Assembly (NCBI RefSeq): GCF_964204645.1
Contig: NC_134034.1
Coordinates: 9,870,962-9,934,961, forward strand
DNA: 64,000 nt
Direction: 5' to 3'
DNA from: Tubulanus polymorphus
Taxonomy: Eukaryota > Animalia > Nemertea
Below are positions 49,545 to 62,436 of the stretch, in pieces. Numbering within the stretch: the first letter of the stretch is position 1; each line of letters begins with the position of its first letter. Made by a program: the position numbers and the translations under genes. Below the pieces are notes generated by a model. That model made no database searches, had not been told where the DNA came from, and saw nothing but the letters and a program-made list of their open reading frames with translations.

Positions 49545-51500
49545 CTGCGTGGTCGAACATTGAGTGACGAGGACCAGTTTCCACTGACCCACCCCGACAA
49601 AACCATCCAGCGTTATGTAATAAGCGTGATTACTAAGTCGACATCCGTCGGTTGAATTTCGGTCGGTCGCGTTCGTCGAACACGCCCATCTTTCAAATTT
49701 CAAGCCTTTCGTCGCGCAGACCCCCGCAGAACGACACATGGGACTCAGGTAATGGACTGTGGCGCGTCCTCTAAGGTAACTAGCCAATTCGGATACTATT
49801 AGATTCGCCTGGCTTTTGTGATAAAGCCTGATATCTTTGTTGAGTCTGAGCGGAACATCAGGAGTGAAGTGCAGACTTTGCACGACGACACAATTGTCCG
49901 AATCTTTTATTTCCAGTTCGTACCACCAGGGGTCGTAATATCTACTAGGTAGACGTATACCTCTGCAATGAGTTGTTTTTCGGGTGATTTCAAATCCAAA
50001 TCTTTCACCGTAGGTATAGGTCAACAGGTAAACAGTATTCGTAGTGGAAACTAGATCGATTTTAGGCCAGCCGCCGAACGAGGAACTGTAACACGACGGA
50101 CCTACCATACTCGAATTGAATACATCAGCGCCATCTATTATATATATGCCGAAATGGTCGCACGAAACTTTGGAACGCGTGATATGATCGATCTTAATGT
50201 CGAGAAAATCGGTCGTTTGAAATGCGGACAATTTCCTCAAACAAATAGTTATGGTTCGACCTGCTAGCGCTATCTGTGTTAAACGTTTATCATGGCCGTG
50301 CATTCCGAGGCACCCAGCAGTCATTAAAGCCGCCAGCTGGCGGTGAATTACGCTGTAAGTTGCGCTGATAATTCTTTCTGGTTTTTTGCGCGTTAAACGC
50401 GGAACCTTTACGGCTACAAGCAATCGAAATCCGTCAGTTTCGTAAAAACACCCAGAAATCGAGTTGCAGACCATCGAGTTCTCAACTCGCATGACGAGCG
50501 GGTTTACTTCGATTTCTTTTTCCGCCATATAGACGGCGCTGGTCGGGCGGTCGCTGATCAGACGGACTCTCACTTTGAAACGAGGGTCTGTCGTCAAAAT
50601 GAACGCGTATATCAGGTCTTCGTCCGTTTCAACCATCGGTTTCGAAGTTGTCGAAATGAAGAACTGCTTCTCGCTAATTCCCGCTTCTAGTCGATCGACA
50701 GTCGCCGAGATCTGGCGCCATGTTCGCTTCGGCAAAACGCCGACAGTCGCCCGAAAATCGAAAATCTCGTCGCCGGCGCATAGCGGAAACAGCGACACGT
50801 TGAAAACTAATTGATCGGCGACGAAACTTTGTGGCTCTACCAGTCCGGTAAGTCGGGCCAGTTTGACGCCTGCGCCGTCGTAAACGTCCATGTACGACTC
50901 GGCGCTAAGCTTCGCCGTAGTCGGACACATTTTGAAAAATTCCAACGTTACGTTCAAACTTTCCCGATCCGGATTCGAAGGCGTAAGCCTGAACGTCCCG
51001 GTGGTCAGAAACCGGAACCGCATTCTCTTCAAAATGAATTCGATGTGGTCCGGGCCGAATTCGAATAACTGGTGCAAAGGATTTGAAAGGACGCATCGAT
51101 CTAGGTTGTATATGCTTTCCGTGTATCTGACCAGTATCGTCACTTGTCGTCTGTGGGTCGCTTGCACATGGACGTCACATCTGGACAATACTTCGCCATG
51201 TTCATAAAATTTAATGTCCATAAGCGCCGCCTGGCGTTCATCCCACGAAATTGTTCTTAGTCGCACCAACGGAACCGGCGATGTGGACGCGTCATCGGTG
51301 ATGATCGTCACCTTCGTGACGTAATTCGACAGCGCTCTGAAATGTCGCAAACAGCCCGTGTCGTTTTGACGGTAGAACGAACCATCCAAGTTTTCAATTA
51401 GTACCGTTACGCCGCACGAGGGGTCAGCACTGTACAACAAGTCCGATGATCCCCACGATGCACCGACGAGATACCACAATAACACCAACAAAACGTTCAT
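49545..51500 (-). CDS. GRL101-like LGR, coding exon 1: signal peptide plus ~635 aa of divergent CUB-like extracellular sequence
   Basis: 652 codons from ATG 51500 (MNVLLVLLWYLVGASWG signal peptide) to donor CAG|GTAAG at 49545, phase 0. Acceptor TTTTTCCAG just upstream (exon starts 51505). CUB-like motifs include ESYMDVYDG, LNVTLEFF and CDHFGIYIIDG...CYS...LVSTTNTVYLL. Confidence 0.85.
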
Positions 51501-54063
51501 ATCTTCTGGAAAAAGCAGACATCACACAGTATTATGGACTAACATAGTATTGCAAAAATGACCTTCTCACTAGGACAAATCTTAAGTCCGCCAGAAAACA
51601 GAGAACAACTCCCCTGCACGGGCATCATTCAAATCAACGAAATATTTTACACAATGTAATTTTGCTCCGATTTCGTCAATTCGCTGGATTTCTGGCGAAC
51701 CGTCGAATATGCACTTTATCGAAACTGAGAAAAATCAATTTGGAATTTTGAAATTTTCTGTCACTCTGGTTTCCGATATCAGGTTAATTTTTCTTGTAGT
51801 CAGCCAGCCAACTTCCAGAAACTATCCTAAAATTCGACGATCACGGCATTTTTTAGTTACAGCTTGCCCCCCCCCCCCCCCCGGCTCAATTAATAGCCGG
51901 GTATGTGGGCTATCATGTGTGGTGGATGCCTTTTAGAGATCTTTCTTTTTTTGGCCTACAGGGGGCGTTAAAGTCGGACATTTTGAAATTACAACATCTT
52001 CATTTTCATTTGGCAAGGAAATACACTTTAAACTTCTTTTGCAAAATGATTCGAATATCTCATCTTAGGTTTGGTGTAATTTTACAATCTAAACATTCTG
52101 TATTGATGGATTGCAGCGCATATATGCATATACATTGATTATAAAGGTAATACCAGTTTATAAAACCGGGCCCTGCAGATTGAAATTTCAAAAGATATCA
52201 GCTTGTTTTCGACCAGTAAAGTTTGTAAGGAGCCATTGAACGTCCTCAGTTGGTTTTTAACGGGATAATTAATATTCGGGGCCAACTGAAAATCAAGAAG
52301 GTAACACAGGTCTGCGCTTGGACATTGTTGTAATAATATATAAACACAAATCTTTTCCAAAAAAGTAAACTTGCTTTCAATCTGAAGCAGGTGCCTGTTC
52401 TCTGCAATGACGTCACGTTTTTTACTCACACTCTCTCCACACGTGCCTGCTTTCAGGCGTATTCATAAATAAAACGATTATCTTGCCACTTAATGACCAC
52501 TTATATTATCAAGGCTCCAATTTTGTCATTTTATTCCAAGTTTTGTGCAATCTTTATATTCGCGATTTTCTTTTTTTCATAAAAATAATAGTAGCCCCTG
52601 GCCATATTTATGAAGGGTAAAAGATCATTTGTTTTACGTCACAATGCAGGTTGAAAATAAATGTGAAAAGTAGGAAAAAAGTAACAAATGAAGTTTGACG
52701 GCTGCCAGTGCGCGTGGCTAAAACTAAAAACAAACATTGACTTCAGACAGAGCTAGCGCTACGAGAAACCATATCAGTTCATGATATGTTTGTAAGTCAA
52801 GATTCTCCTAAAACCTGGGAACGGCTTTATTCTTTTTTCGTTTAATACCAGAAAGCGGCGACATAAGCCGCGTTCGCGTTACAACTAGTTAGACCGTTCC
52901 GAATAGGTCCGTACCTAAAACGGGCCAAATTCAAGACGGACCAAATCAGAGTGAGCTTGTTGATTTCGCTGCAGATAGTTATCACCGGTCCCGCAAGATG
53001 TCGCCATATTTCACCCCGAAATTAATGATAGATTTATGATTTCCCAAAATTCAGAATGGACCTCTGGATCGGTCGATTAGGTATGATCGAAATTTGAACG
53101 GTCTTAAATGGAACGGACCAATCTGGAACAAGTGTGAACATTTGGTCCGTTCCAAAATGAAACAGGGCCAAATTTAGACCGTTTTTAATAACAAAGTGTA
53201 AACTTGCCTACAGAAGGAAAGGGCTATATAATCATTATAATTATCATTTTTCAAATTATATTATCATAATCATTATTATGGCACTCATTTTTAACATGGT
53301 CATCTATGACATTTTTGCTTATTTTATCGTATATGGTTTAAAATCTCTTTGGAATCTTAAGCCGCGACCACACGGAGACGATTTGGCCCGGACGCGTATC
53401 AGGCCCGAGTCACGGAGGACGAATTTGGCCTGTGCCTAATAAGAAAGCGCGTTCACACGTAAACAACTCACTCGATACAAAACAATGCTTGAAGTAAATG
53501 TACCTTATGTGTTCGGTGCCATCTCTTTTTTTAGTGGGTGGCTTTAGTTAATTCGGTTTAGTTAATTCGATGATTAAATCCGTTCATAAACGTGAATTAG
53601 TGTAAAATTAATTCGGATTATCTCTGAAGTTATTTCCAATTTAGCTAATCCCATAATCTGTTAGTCCTGAACAAAAAAATTCATTCATAAAATGCTCTAC
53701 GTCGCTCGTAACAATGATGGGAATTTTGGTGGAGTGGTGAAACACAATTTGATCGTATCGTAGTTTCTTTTGAATTCTCTCTCTCCAATGAGATTTTCAA
53801 AAATTCTAAAAATCTACCTTTTTCGAAATTTAGATACAATTTTTTTTTTAAATTGTCATTGCAAATTATTCATTCTTAAATGATTTATTCAGGTACCCGG
53901 GCACTTCGTATTTAAGATCTGTTCTTTCAAAAGGAAAGCGCCCCATGTCGTGGTAAAAAGAGCTCTTTCTCTCGAAATAGAACTGCCCCTTAAAATCTCG
54001 GTACGGGCCTGTTTGTATGTACTAAGGCAGTTCATTAAATTAACTAATAAGAAAAATCCTTAC

Positions 54064-54300
54064 CTTTCAAACTGGCGTTAGAAATAATTGAAGACTCTCC
54101 CTCGATATCAACGTACTTCGTATCCAACGTTGGCTTCAAATTTGTTGACGCCCCGACGCGCCGGGCGACGATGAAAACCTTTATTACTTTCGAAATTGAT
54201 GATATCTGAATCAGCGGTTGTACCAGCGGTGTTGGCAGATAAAAGATTGTCAGCGGGTTTCCCGGTTCAACGTTATGTCGCGCGTTCCATCCGGTCTCAG
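54064..54300 (-). promoter_or_regulatory. Candidate 5'UTR exon/promoter of the LGR gene
   Basis: Strong donor AAG|GTAAGG at 54064 in a CpG-rich patch. The LGR ATG exon starts at an acceptor (51505), so an upstream non-coding exon is expected. Confidence 0.35.
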
Positions 54301-54324
54301 TGTGAGGGTCTTAATACACGTATA

Positions 54325-54742
54325 TATCCGAATAACCATTGAAGCAATAACACTAAAAACCTCATTTTCTTATGAGTAAATACAGTTTATTAACACGTAC
54401 GTTTTCGGGATCATATCCCCTCATCAGGTGAAATACAAGTGAATCAAATGATTAAACTACAGGTTTATATACAACATAAGTTACAAAATTACAAGTGCTA
54501 AATTCTAAGCTAATTACAAACCAAGTATTTAATTACAAGGTAATTATTTGAATACATTTAAGATAAAAGATGAGCCGTTTTGGAATAATTGTTGATTTAA
54601 AGAGGGTCGTTGTTGCGCTTTAATAAACAGGGCCTCCCTAATTTTACAGTCGAGATCAGATGAGCCTTTGTCTAGAATTTTGAATTTGTTATCATTAGAA
54701 AATGAGGTTTTTAGTGTTATCGCTTCTATGGTTACTCGGATA
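54325..54742 (-). mobile_element. Penelope-like retroelement 3' remnant bounded by ~51-bp inverted repeats
   Basis: 54696-54544 translates NKFKILDKGSSDLDCKIREALFIKAQQRPSLNQQLFQNGSSFILNVFK* (GIY-YIG C-terminus). A hammerhead-like CTGATGA...GAAA lies at 54394-54430 and AATAAA at 54386-54391. Inverted repeats 54325-54375 and 54692-54742. Confidence 0.82.
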
Positions 54743-55267
54743 CTTGAGAACTATCTTCCAAAGATCTACTTCTACACGTATATATAATTGTGTTTGGTTC
54801 GTACAAGACGAAGACGTATATATGCTTTCGCTCTGTTTTATACGCGGCGTATTGTAATCAACACGAAACTCTTCGTCTTCACGAGTCAAATCGATGAACT
54901 CGTGTGAACTGCCACTTTTTCGCAACAAAATTACCAAGATTTTTCACATTAAAGTTCCAAAAATCCATTTCGCATTTTTTAGAATCCTTACAATTTATTC
55001 TTTTCGCATCTTTTTACAATAAAATATCTGGATTTTTCATGTTTCTTTTTTACATACTGACAATATTGGCTTTTTCGATTTTGTTCAAACCCTGTACCGC
55101 CTTTTTTATTTTCACTAAGTTTCTCTCTACGGCAAATGGTTTTAAATGTTGGTATATGACTTGAAGTTGTCACTTTAAACTGATTGATAGCCTTCTACCG
55201 AAATCGAGATTTTTGAATTGAAGCGCGTTCGGTACCGAGTAGACTGGTACCCAGTGCGCGAATTCAG

Positions 55268-55599
55268 AGGCCTTTTTATGAACACTCGATTAGTATATTC
55301 GAGTATGCAAAACGTTTTTATGAGCATGGATTATGTCATAATCTGTCATTTTTATGAACATTGGTTATCATAATCGATTAGCATACTCAGCATACTCGCT
55401 CGGCGAGCAAGTATGCCGATTATCTAATCCAACCGATATGGTGTTCTCGGTAGAAGTCGCTACTGAGTAGGCCATAATTGAATAATTTCTACCTGGCGTT
55501 TTTATCAACCAACATACCCGGTTATGCTAATTGACACTAATCGGCTATATAATCTAAATAGCTAATCTATTTCGATTTTGCTGGTTCATAAAAAGGCCT
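55268..55599. mobile_element. PIF/Harbinger-like MITE
   Basis: Perfect 16-bp TIR AGGCCTTTTTATGAAC / GTTCATAAAAAGGCCT with 3-bp TSD CAG. Confidence 0.8.
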
Positions 55600-58289
55600 C
55601 AGGTGGCGCAAGTTCGATCGGCAACCAGTCTAACGCGGTGGTTTCGCACGGAATGCTCGCCTGCCACAGTAGCGTTACAAAGTTTACTGGAGATAATATA
55701 CAGTGTCTTTAAAAACCGTCTGATGGTTGTAGATTGTTAGAATATCAAACGAAACCAGAATTTCCACCAATTATGTACTTCGATATACCGTTCGTTCATA
55801 CAAGTGATATTTTTAACCAAAACATACATGTATATCCTTTTTTTAAAAATGTTTGGATGTGTGTGAAATTTCACGTGAGAATCTTGAAAAAAAACATTTG
55901 TTTCCAAATCCATTTCATATCATTGACTCTCAGCTGAGGACTAGGGACCCCGCCCCACGCCTCCGTGGGGTTTGATACTTATCTCTATTCTCGCCACAGT
56001 CGGTTCCTTGATTAACAATTACTTTTACAAACTAATTTACGGACTGCATGTTGGCCATTTTTCTGTGCGCCTGGAAATCATTGTCTATTTTACCAAGCTC
56101 AAAATACGGCCATTTCGAAAAAAGAATAATTTGTTTCATTTCTATAGAGAAATAAACCGCATTAAATCTTTTAGAACCGGTAAAATATATCATCATAAAA
56201 GGTCTAAAAAGCAATATGAAACATCCGAAAGTACGTAACCTGGGTGTGAAGTTGAGTGAACAGCGAGGAATAAATATCTCTTCGCTTTCGTCATAACCAG
56301 CGCTTATAGGCTACCTGCCCCATCATCCAGCGATGATCCTACTGTTTAACGGTTCAGGGATGTGAAGTTAAAAGCCCGAGCCTCGGATCGCGGGACAATC
56401 AACTTAGAGGACTTTCTACATAACATCGAGAAAAAACTACAATAAACTATCGGACTATTTACACGAAGAAAACAACCAAAAATATAAAAATGGACAAAAT
56501 GATCTTCAACCTTTTAATATAGCTATTTCCAAATTCTTACTAAATTAGCTGATAATTCGAATCAAAATGCATAATCTCTGTGCTGTGGTTTCAATCCTAT
56601 GGCGGGTTCGAGACGACCCGCACATAAATGCGGAGACAATAACTTTGGAATTGTCGCTCCAGATATATGTCAAAAACTTCCGAGCGCAGCCATCCATAGC
56701 TTTATGATATAACATACATTACATTCTTTTAATTACAACATCGTGTCCCTTCGACTGAACTAGGCCGACCGGCAAAAAAGGCACTTTCAAAAAGTATGGC
56801 GCCTTCGCGCGGCGCAACAAATAGGAATATCGGGATTCGAATCTTCTCTCATTCAGCAGTGTCGATGTACTCGAGCTCTTCTTCAGTGCATAGTTATTTA
56901 TAGACCAAACAGGTGCCCGCAGGTGCGCGATTGTTTATGAGTTCTATATTTAGATCGTCGTTATCGACGCCGATTGGCCACCGGTTGTCACGTGCTCGCC
57001 GGAAATAGAGGGCGCTGCCGTTCTGTCATCGAGAAATGAACTAAAAATACGTGAAATGGACTCGAAAATACGCAGAAAATAAACCTGTTCGTCGAATCTT
57101 AGGCCGTATTTTGAATGGTAAGCGATACTAGATTTTCGATGGATGTTGCGTGTATTTTGCGGGGTGTATTTCGTGCGTGTTGTACTCGCTCCAGCCAGTT
57201 GAACATGTAGTAGTTTTGTCGAACCCGACGACCACCCACCAACAACTAACAAATGTCAAGCTCGTATCTGAAATATATCGAAATGTCACGAAAATTTGAC
57301 CCCGTGTTCGGTGGTTGTACTGCATATAGGTGTCCGTTATGGTGAATGTATGGTAATTGGTCAAAAACGATAGGCCTAACCCTAATCCTGGCCTCTTGTA
57401 GTACCCCTACTCACCACGGGTTTGGCGATGGGCTTTGATTCTATTTCCAGGTTGTTGATAATCTCACGAAAATGACGCTAAATATGAACTGCATTAAAAA
57501 TTCAAAATATCACGGAAATACCTTGTGTTTATATTGTTTATTTATCCGCTATAAAGTTCCGATTAAAAATCCAAGCCCATCGCCAAACCCCTGCGCTCCT
57601 CACCACAAAAAAGTCGACAGTCAGTGCCCCACTCCTTTGAATGGGGGATAAGTCGGATAGGCTTACTGTTGTATTGCGTATCAGTACTGATTTCCAAGTT
57701 TCCGCGGTCATGAGGTTTATTGGGTTAGTCAAAAAGAGAATTGAAGCCAAGATGGAAACACTAGGCCCTAGCGTGAGTTAAAGCTTAGAACGAATTTCGG
57801 TTAAAAGGTCCTCACTCCAAAAATGTCATCATCAGTATTGTGACCTCTCCACGCTAGTTTATTGATTAGAATAGGAGTAGTATTGTAAACGAATTATGAA
57901 TGCGTGATCAAAGAGAGCAGCACCTTACAATTGGATATGTACGATATTGCGGTATTGCCGTACATGTTATTCAACAAAATCATCGAGTTGAAGTTGAAGT
58001 CAACAATAAATCGTAGTAATATCGTTACATAGTGAATTTACTTCAATCTCGCTCAAGAACCCGCGGTTTAAATAAATCTGCATTGATATAATATACTTGA
58101 AGTATTCTGTTTGATTCGTCGTTTTGGCATAAAGACATTTCGGCCCCTCAGATGAGGCGCGATGCTGCACTGCGTACGTGATCAGCGCTGAATGTCATCG
58201 TGTAGTTGAATGAACGAATCTGAAACTGTTAGTCTTCTCTTGGCAAACCGAAATCCAAAAGCCTACTTATGATGACCTAACCCTAACCC

Positions 58290-58686
58290 TAACACCCAGA
58301 AATATGAAATATCTCATAGTGGCAATGGTAGTACACCCAGAAATATGAGATATCTCGTAGTGGCAATGGTAGTACACCCAGAAATATGAGGTATCTCGTT
58401 GCAATGGTGGGAAACCAGAAATATGAGATATCCCGTAGTGGCAATGGTGGGACACCCAGAAATATGAGGTATCTCGTAGTGGCAATGGTAGTACACCCAG
58501 AAATATGAGATATCTCGTAGTGGCAATGGTAGTACACCCAGAAATATGAGGTATCTCGTTGCAATGGTGGGAAACCAGAAATATGAGGTATCTCGTAGTG
58601 GCAATGGTGAGACACCCAGAAATATGAGGTATCTCGTAGTTGCCATGGTGGGCCACCCAGAAGTATATCTCAAATTAGCAATGGTA
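58290..58686. repeat. 41-bp minisatellite with a shorter variant unit, preceded by (CCCTAA)-type repeats
   Basis: Unit ACACCCAGAAATATGAG(A/G)TATCTCGTAGTGGCAATGGTAGT; CCTAACCCTAACCCTAAC at ~58276-58293. Confidence 0.93.
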
Positions 58687-58699
58687 GCAGAACCAGGGT

Positions 58700-58900
58700 G
58701 GCGCAGTGGCTGAGTGGTTTAAGGCGCCGGTCACTGGTCTCGACAATCCAGGGTTTATGGCTTCAAACCCTGGTGGCGACAGATTTTCTCGGTCAAAGGT
58801 TCTTCTCTGGTCTCTCTCCCATTTGGAAAAAAGAAACATCGAACCCGCTTATAAAGCCCTGCGTGGTGCTTAGCGGGTTGAGGTATGTTAAAAAAGGAAG
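58700..58900 (+). mobile_element. tRNA-derived SINE-like element
   Basis: A-box GTGGCTGAGTGG, B-box GGCTTCAAACC, 3' hairpin AACCCGCT...AGCGGGTT and an A-rich tail. Confidence 0.6.
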
Positions 58901-60879
58901 AAGAAAAAAAAACGACGATACTATCCGTCACACACATCCCCTTCGCGTGAAGTTTCATTCCGTAATTTCGTTAATAATCAGTAGATCTGAGTATGTAATG
59001 CATTAGTCAGTAACCTGTCTGTGGTTTAGTTTCACGATCAGATATTTTCACAAACCACAGTCAGGAATGGGAAGGTCATTTTTCAATGAAATCTTCGTCA
59101 GCCAATTTGACTGACGAGTAATTTGCCTGGCATTTCATTGTCTCTTAAGATATCCGTCTAATTTTTGTTGTAATCGACGCACAACAGATTCGTAGTTTGT
59201 CTGATACAACTCACCTGACGATCTTAATCCATGTGCAAATCGGCTGTAAAGTGAGAGTAAATTTCCGTCGAGTCAACAGCTGCCATTTTGAAAATTACTG
59301 GAGGTGCTGGCACCTGTGGACTGAGGCCAGGACAACAGCACAAACTCACGAAGCGAAACGACGAAATTGAGAAGATTAAGAAATCAACACTTATTCACAT
59401 TTTTCTTTTACCAGAATTTATTACTTAAAACACGAAGATTTGAATCAAAGTCGGAAAACCATCAAAAATAAAAATTGTCGTTTCGTCTTGGAAGTTTTAT
59501 ATAAATCCTTGTAGGTTCCCTTGTCTTATCATGCCACATGTGCAATACAGAGAAATGGCGGCCAATGGCGAATTTTGTGGAGAAATTAATTAATTTCTCA
59601 AAATAATGTTGATTAATCACTCGAAACATACATAAAATTGGATTATTTCGAAAGGTACCTGTGTTAGTTTGTGAATTAAGCCATTAATTATGGACTGAAG
59701 TGAATAGAAAGTATATTTTTGAAGTGTTACTTTTTTCAACCGTGTTTTGGCCCTTGTCATCCCTAACGTTGGTATAAGCTCATCCGATTATAAAAAGCTT
59801 ACCACCAACGATTAGGTAACTAACTAGTAATGCATCAGTGTATTCAGTAAGGATTTTGCATTCATAGATAAACTTATGAATTCGCATTAACTTTTTTTCA
59901 TTTTCATCTATCAGCGATTGGTTATCGAGAATACGCTTGCGTAATGCTGAAGAATGGCGACCGTAATGTGGCGCCACCTACTGTATTTATTGTGCTTATA
60001 GGTGATGACATAACATAGCGACGTCCGCGTGACGGATTTTTCAGCAATACCCGAGCGTAGGCCGAGTAAACTGTCACCAATTTACGGAAACAAAAACAGC
60101 TTTAGGAAAAATTTTCGTTTATTTCTGAATGCAACATTCTCATTGATCAAATTGATGCCAAGGCTAATTAAAAGCCGGTAGATCAATTGATGTGTAATTC
60201 ACGCCATGGTGGGTGGTATCCTCTACAGGCCGCGCACAGCGCGTACAGCCCTGAGGTTGCATTTCCAGGAACCGGGGCAGATCTAAAAAAAACTGAAAGG
60301 CCGAGGTCCAGGGGCAGAAAAGAAAGGAAATTTCACAGATAAAGTAGCATGTCAAAGGCCTCTGTGGTTCCGCCCTCAGTTTACGATGTCTTTGAAGAAA
60401 TATATCCAAAAGGTTGCAATATCCGAGTGGATGAGTTATCAAATTAAAAGGTTTTGACGTTATCTGTCTTAACGAAAAGGGCATCCTGGTTGAAAGGTAG
60501 GGGTGCCGACCCCTGACACCACGCTCTAAATCTCTAAATTTCTGAATATCTATCGCGCTAGTGCAACCCCCTGCGGGGATAGCTTCTGAGTTGTGGTACT
60601 GTGACCTAAATTCTTGGTTCAAATCTCATGAATCTCTCATTTTTTCAAAGTACTCAAAAAAGTTCTTTGATCATTGCATCTGGTCAGTCACCTTCCAGAA
60701 TGTCGGGTTTAGGTGTGAATAATTGGCACTGAGCTTCGTTTAGGAAATTAAAGAGGATTTCTGGATCTGTAATATTGCGACCCCTATACTAGCTAACGCG
60801 TCATGTTTAGTTTAGCAGAGTTTTACATCCAAACTGCAAGTAACAGTATAACCCTAGTGGGTAAGAGACAGCCAGGGCC

Positions 60880-61030
60880 TTTTTAGCCCACTTGGGACTT
60901 GAGTCCCAGCGGGCTATTGCGTTCACTTTTCGTCCGTCGTTCGTTCGTCCGTCCGTAGACAGAATCCAGTTATTTTGGGAAGTTTTGAAGACGCTTCTAG
61001 GTAATGTCTTGATATCTGGTTCCAAAAAAC
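60880..61030 (+). mobile_element. Helentron/DINE-like non-autonomous element (HINE), 5' part
   Basis: T-run, then hairpin TAGCCCACTTGGGACT-TG-AGTCCCAGCGGGCTA, then a (CGTC/CGTT)n microsatellite. The 3' end was not defined. Confidence 0.55.
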
Positions 61031-62132
61031 TGGAAAAACGAAGGGATCCGTGTCGCTAAACCGTCGAAATAGATTCGCGGTGACGGATTTATTTTCACCG
61101 ATTCTACGTCGGCGGGCTATTTTGATTATTTCCGTCATCGTTCTGTTTTGTGTGCGGTATCATCTACGCGTAGGCCTATATGAATGGAAAAATCGGTTTT
61201 GCTCTTTTGATTTATAAACAGTAGCCGTTGACATTTATAAGACAGAAGCTGCTCGGTGACACGAGTTTGTATATTGCGTTTTCTATGTTATATTTTCAAG
61301 CGACGGCGGCGCGCGGAAATGTCAAAGTTAGTTACCTGTCAGCGACTCCGTGCTATCAGTGCTAGGTTTAGTAGTCATCCCTCGGGGAATTCGTTGGATT
61401 CGGTGGTTTTTTTCTCGGTGCGGAGAGATCGAGGGATTCGGGATGGAATTATGCGACCTGAATCGCGTGATCGCCGATTCGATTGTCGCGCGATCCCGAG
61501 TTCACTCGCGTCGACTATGGCTCGATCGTCGCCGGTTTAAAGGTCGCGTAAGTCGTCCCCCTCCCTTCGCCCTGATTACAGCGGCATTCCGTAATTCGTT
61601 GAAAACTTGTAAACCAAAAATATTTTTCAAGGTTCTTGAATATCCTCGAATTCGAGCAAAATGCCTTGAATTCTAAAAATTCTTGAATGCCTAAAAATTC
61701 CTTGAATCTTGAGAAATTGGCGATTAGAAAATGGGTAGGTAAGGTTTTAAGCCTAGTTATTATACACACAGATTCCACTGAATGAAATGGTTTGTCTACA
61801 GTTAGGATATGAAAGCGATGCCGACACACTCCTCGAAATTTGAAATGTTCTCCTTGAAAACGCCTTGAATTCTGGAATGACTCATCTCTATGGACCCTGG
61901 TAATACACCCTAACAATGAATCCAGCCCTTTCAAAATTCTAGTATGTGGAGAACACTGAGTGAGGTATCGAGGTGTATCATCTGCGTACTGTATCAACGG
62001 GTCGTATCGGTATCGGTATCGGATTAGCGGTCGCCTGCAGTCAGGTGACCGGTTTCTCGTATCTGCTCTACCAATTAGCGACATCCGACGTGCAGCGTTT
62101 TATTAGTCGAGATGCCCGACGGTGTACTTAAA

Positions 62133-62436
62133 ATGAGATATGAGGTTGTTGAGTGAGATATGAGGTTGTTGAGTGAGATATGAGGTTGTTGAGTGAGATG
62201 TGAGGTTGTTGAGCTAGATGTGAGGTCGCTGTGTGGGAGGTGAGTTGCCGAATGAGATACGAGGTTGCCGAGTGAGATATGAGGTTGCCGAGTGAGATAT
62301 GAGGTTGTTGAGTGAGATGTGAGGTCGCCGTGTGGCAGGCAAGTTGCCGAGTGAGATATGAGGTTTTTGAGTGAGGTCGCTGTGTGGGAGGCAAGTTGCC
62401 GAGTGAGATATGAGGTTGTTGAGTGAGATATGAGGC
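62133..62436. repeat. 20-bp minisatellite
   Basis: Unit GAGTGAGATATGAGGTTGTT with variants. Confidence 0.9.

Noticed and set aside
54750-55173. Short minus-strand ORFs upstream of the Penelope remnant as more of its RT/endonuclease
   Set aside because: They lie outside the inverted repeat and show no RT or GIY-YIG motifs I can recognise.
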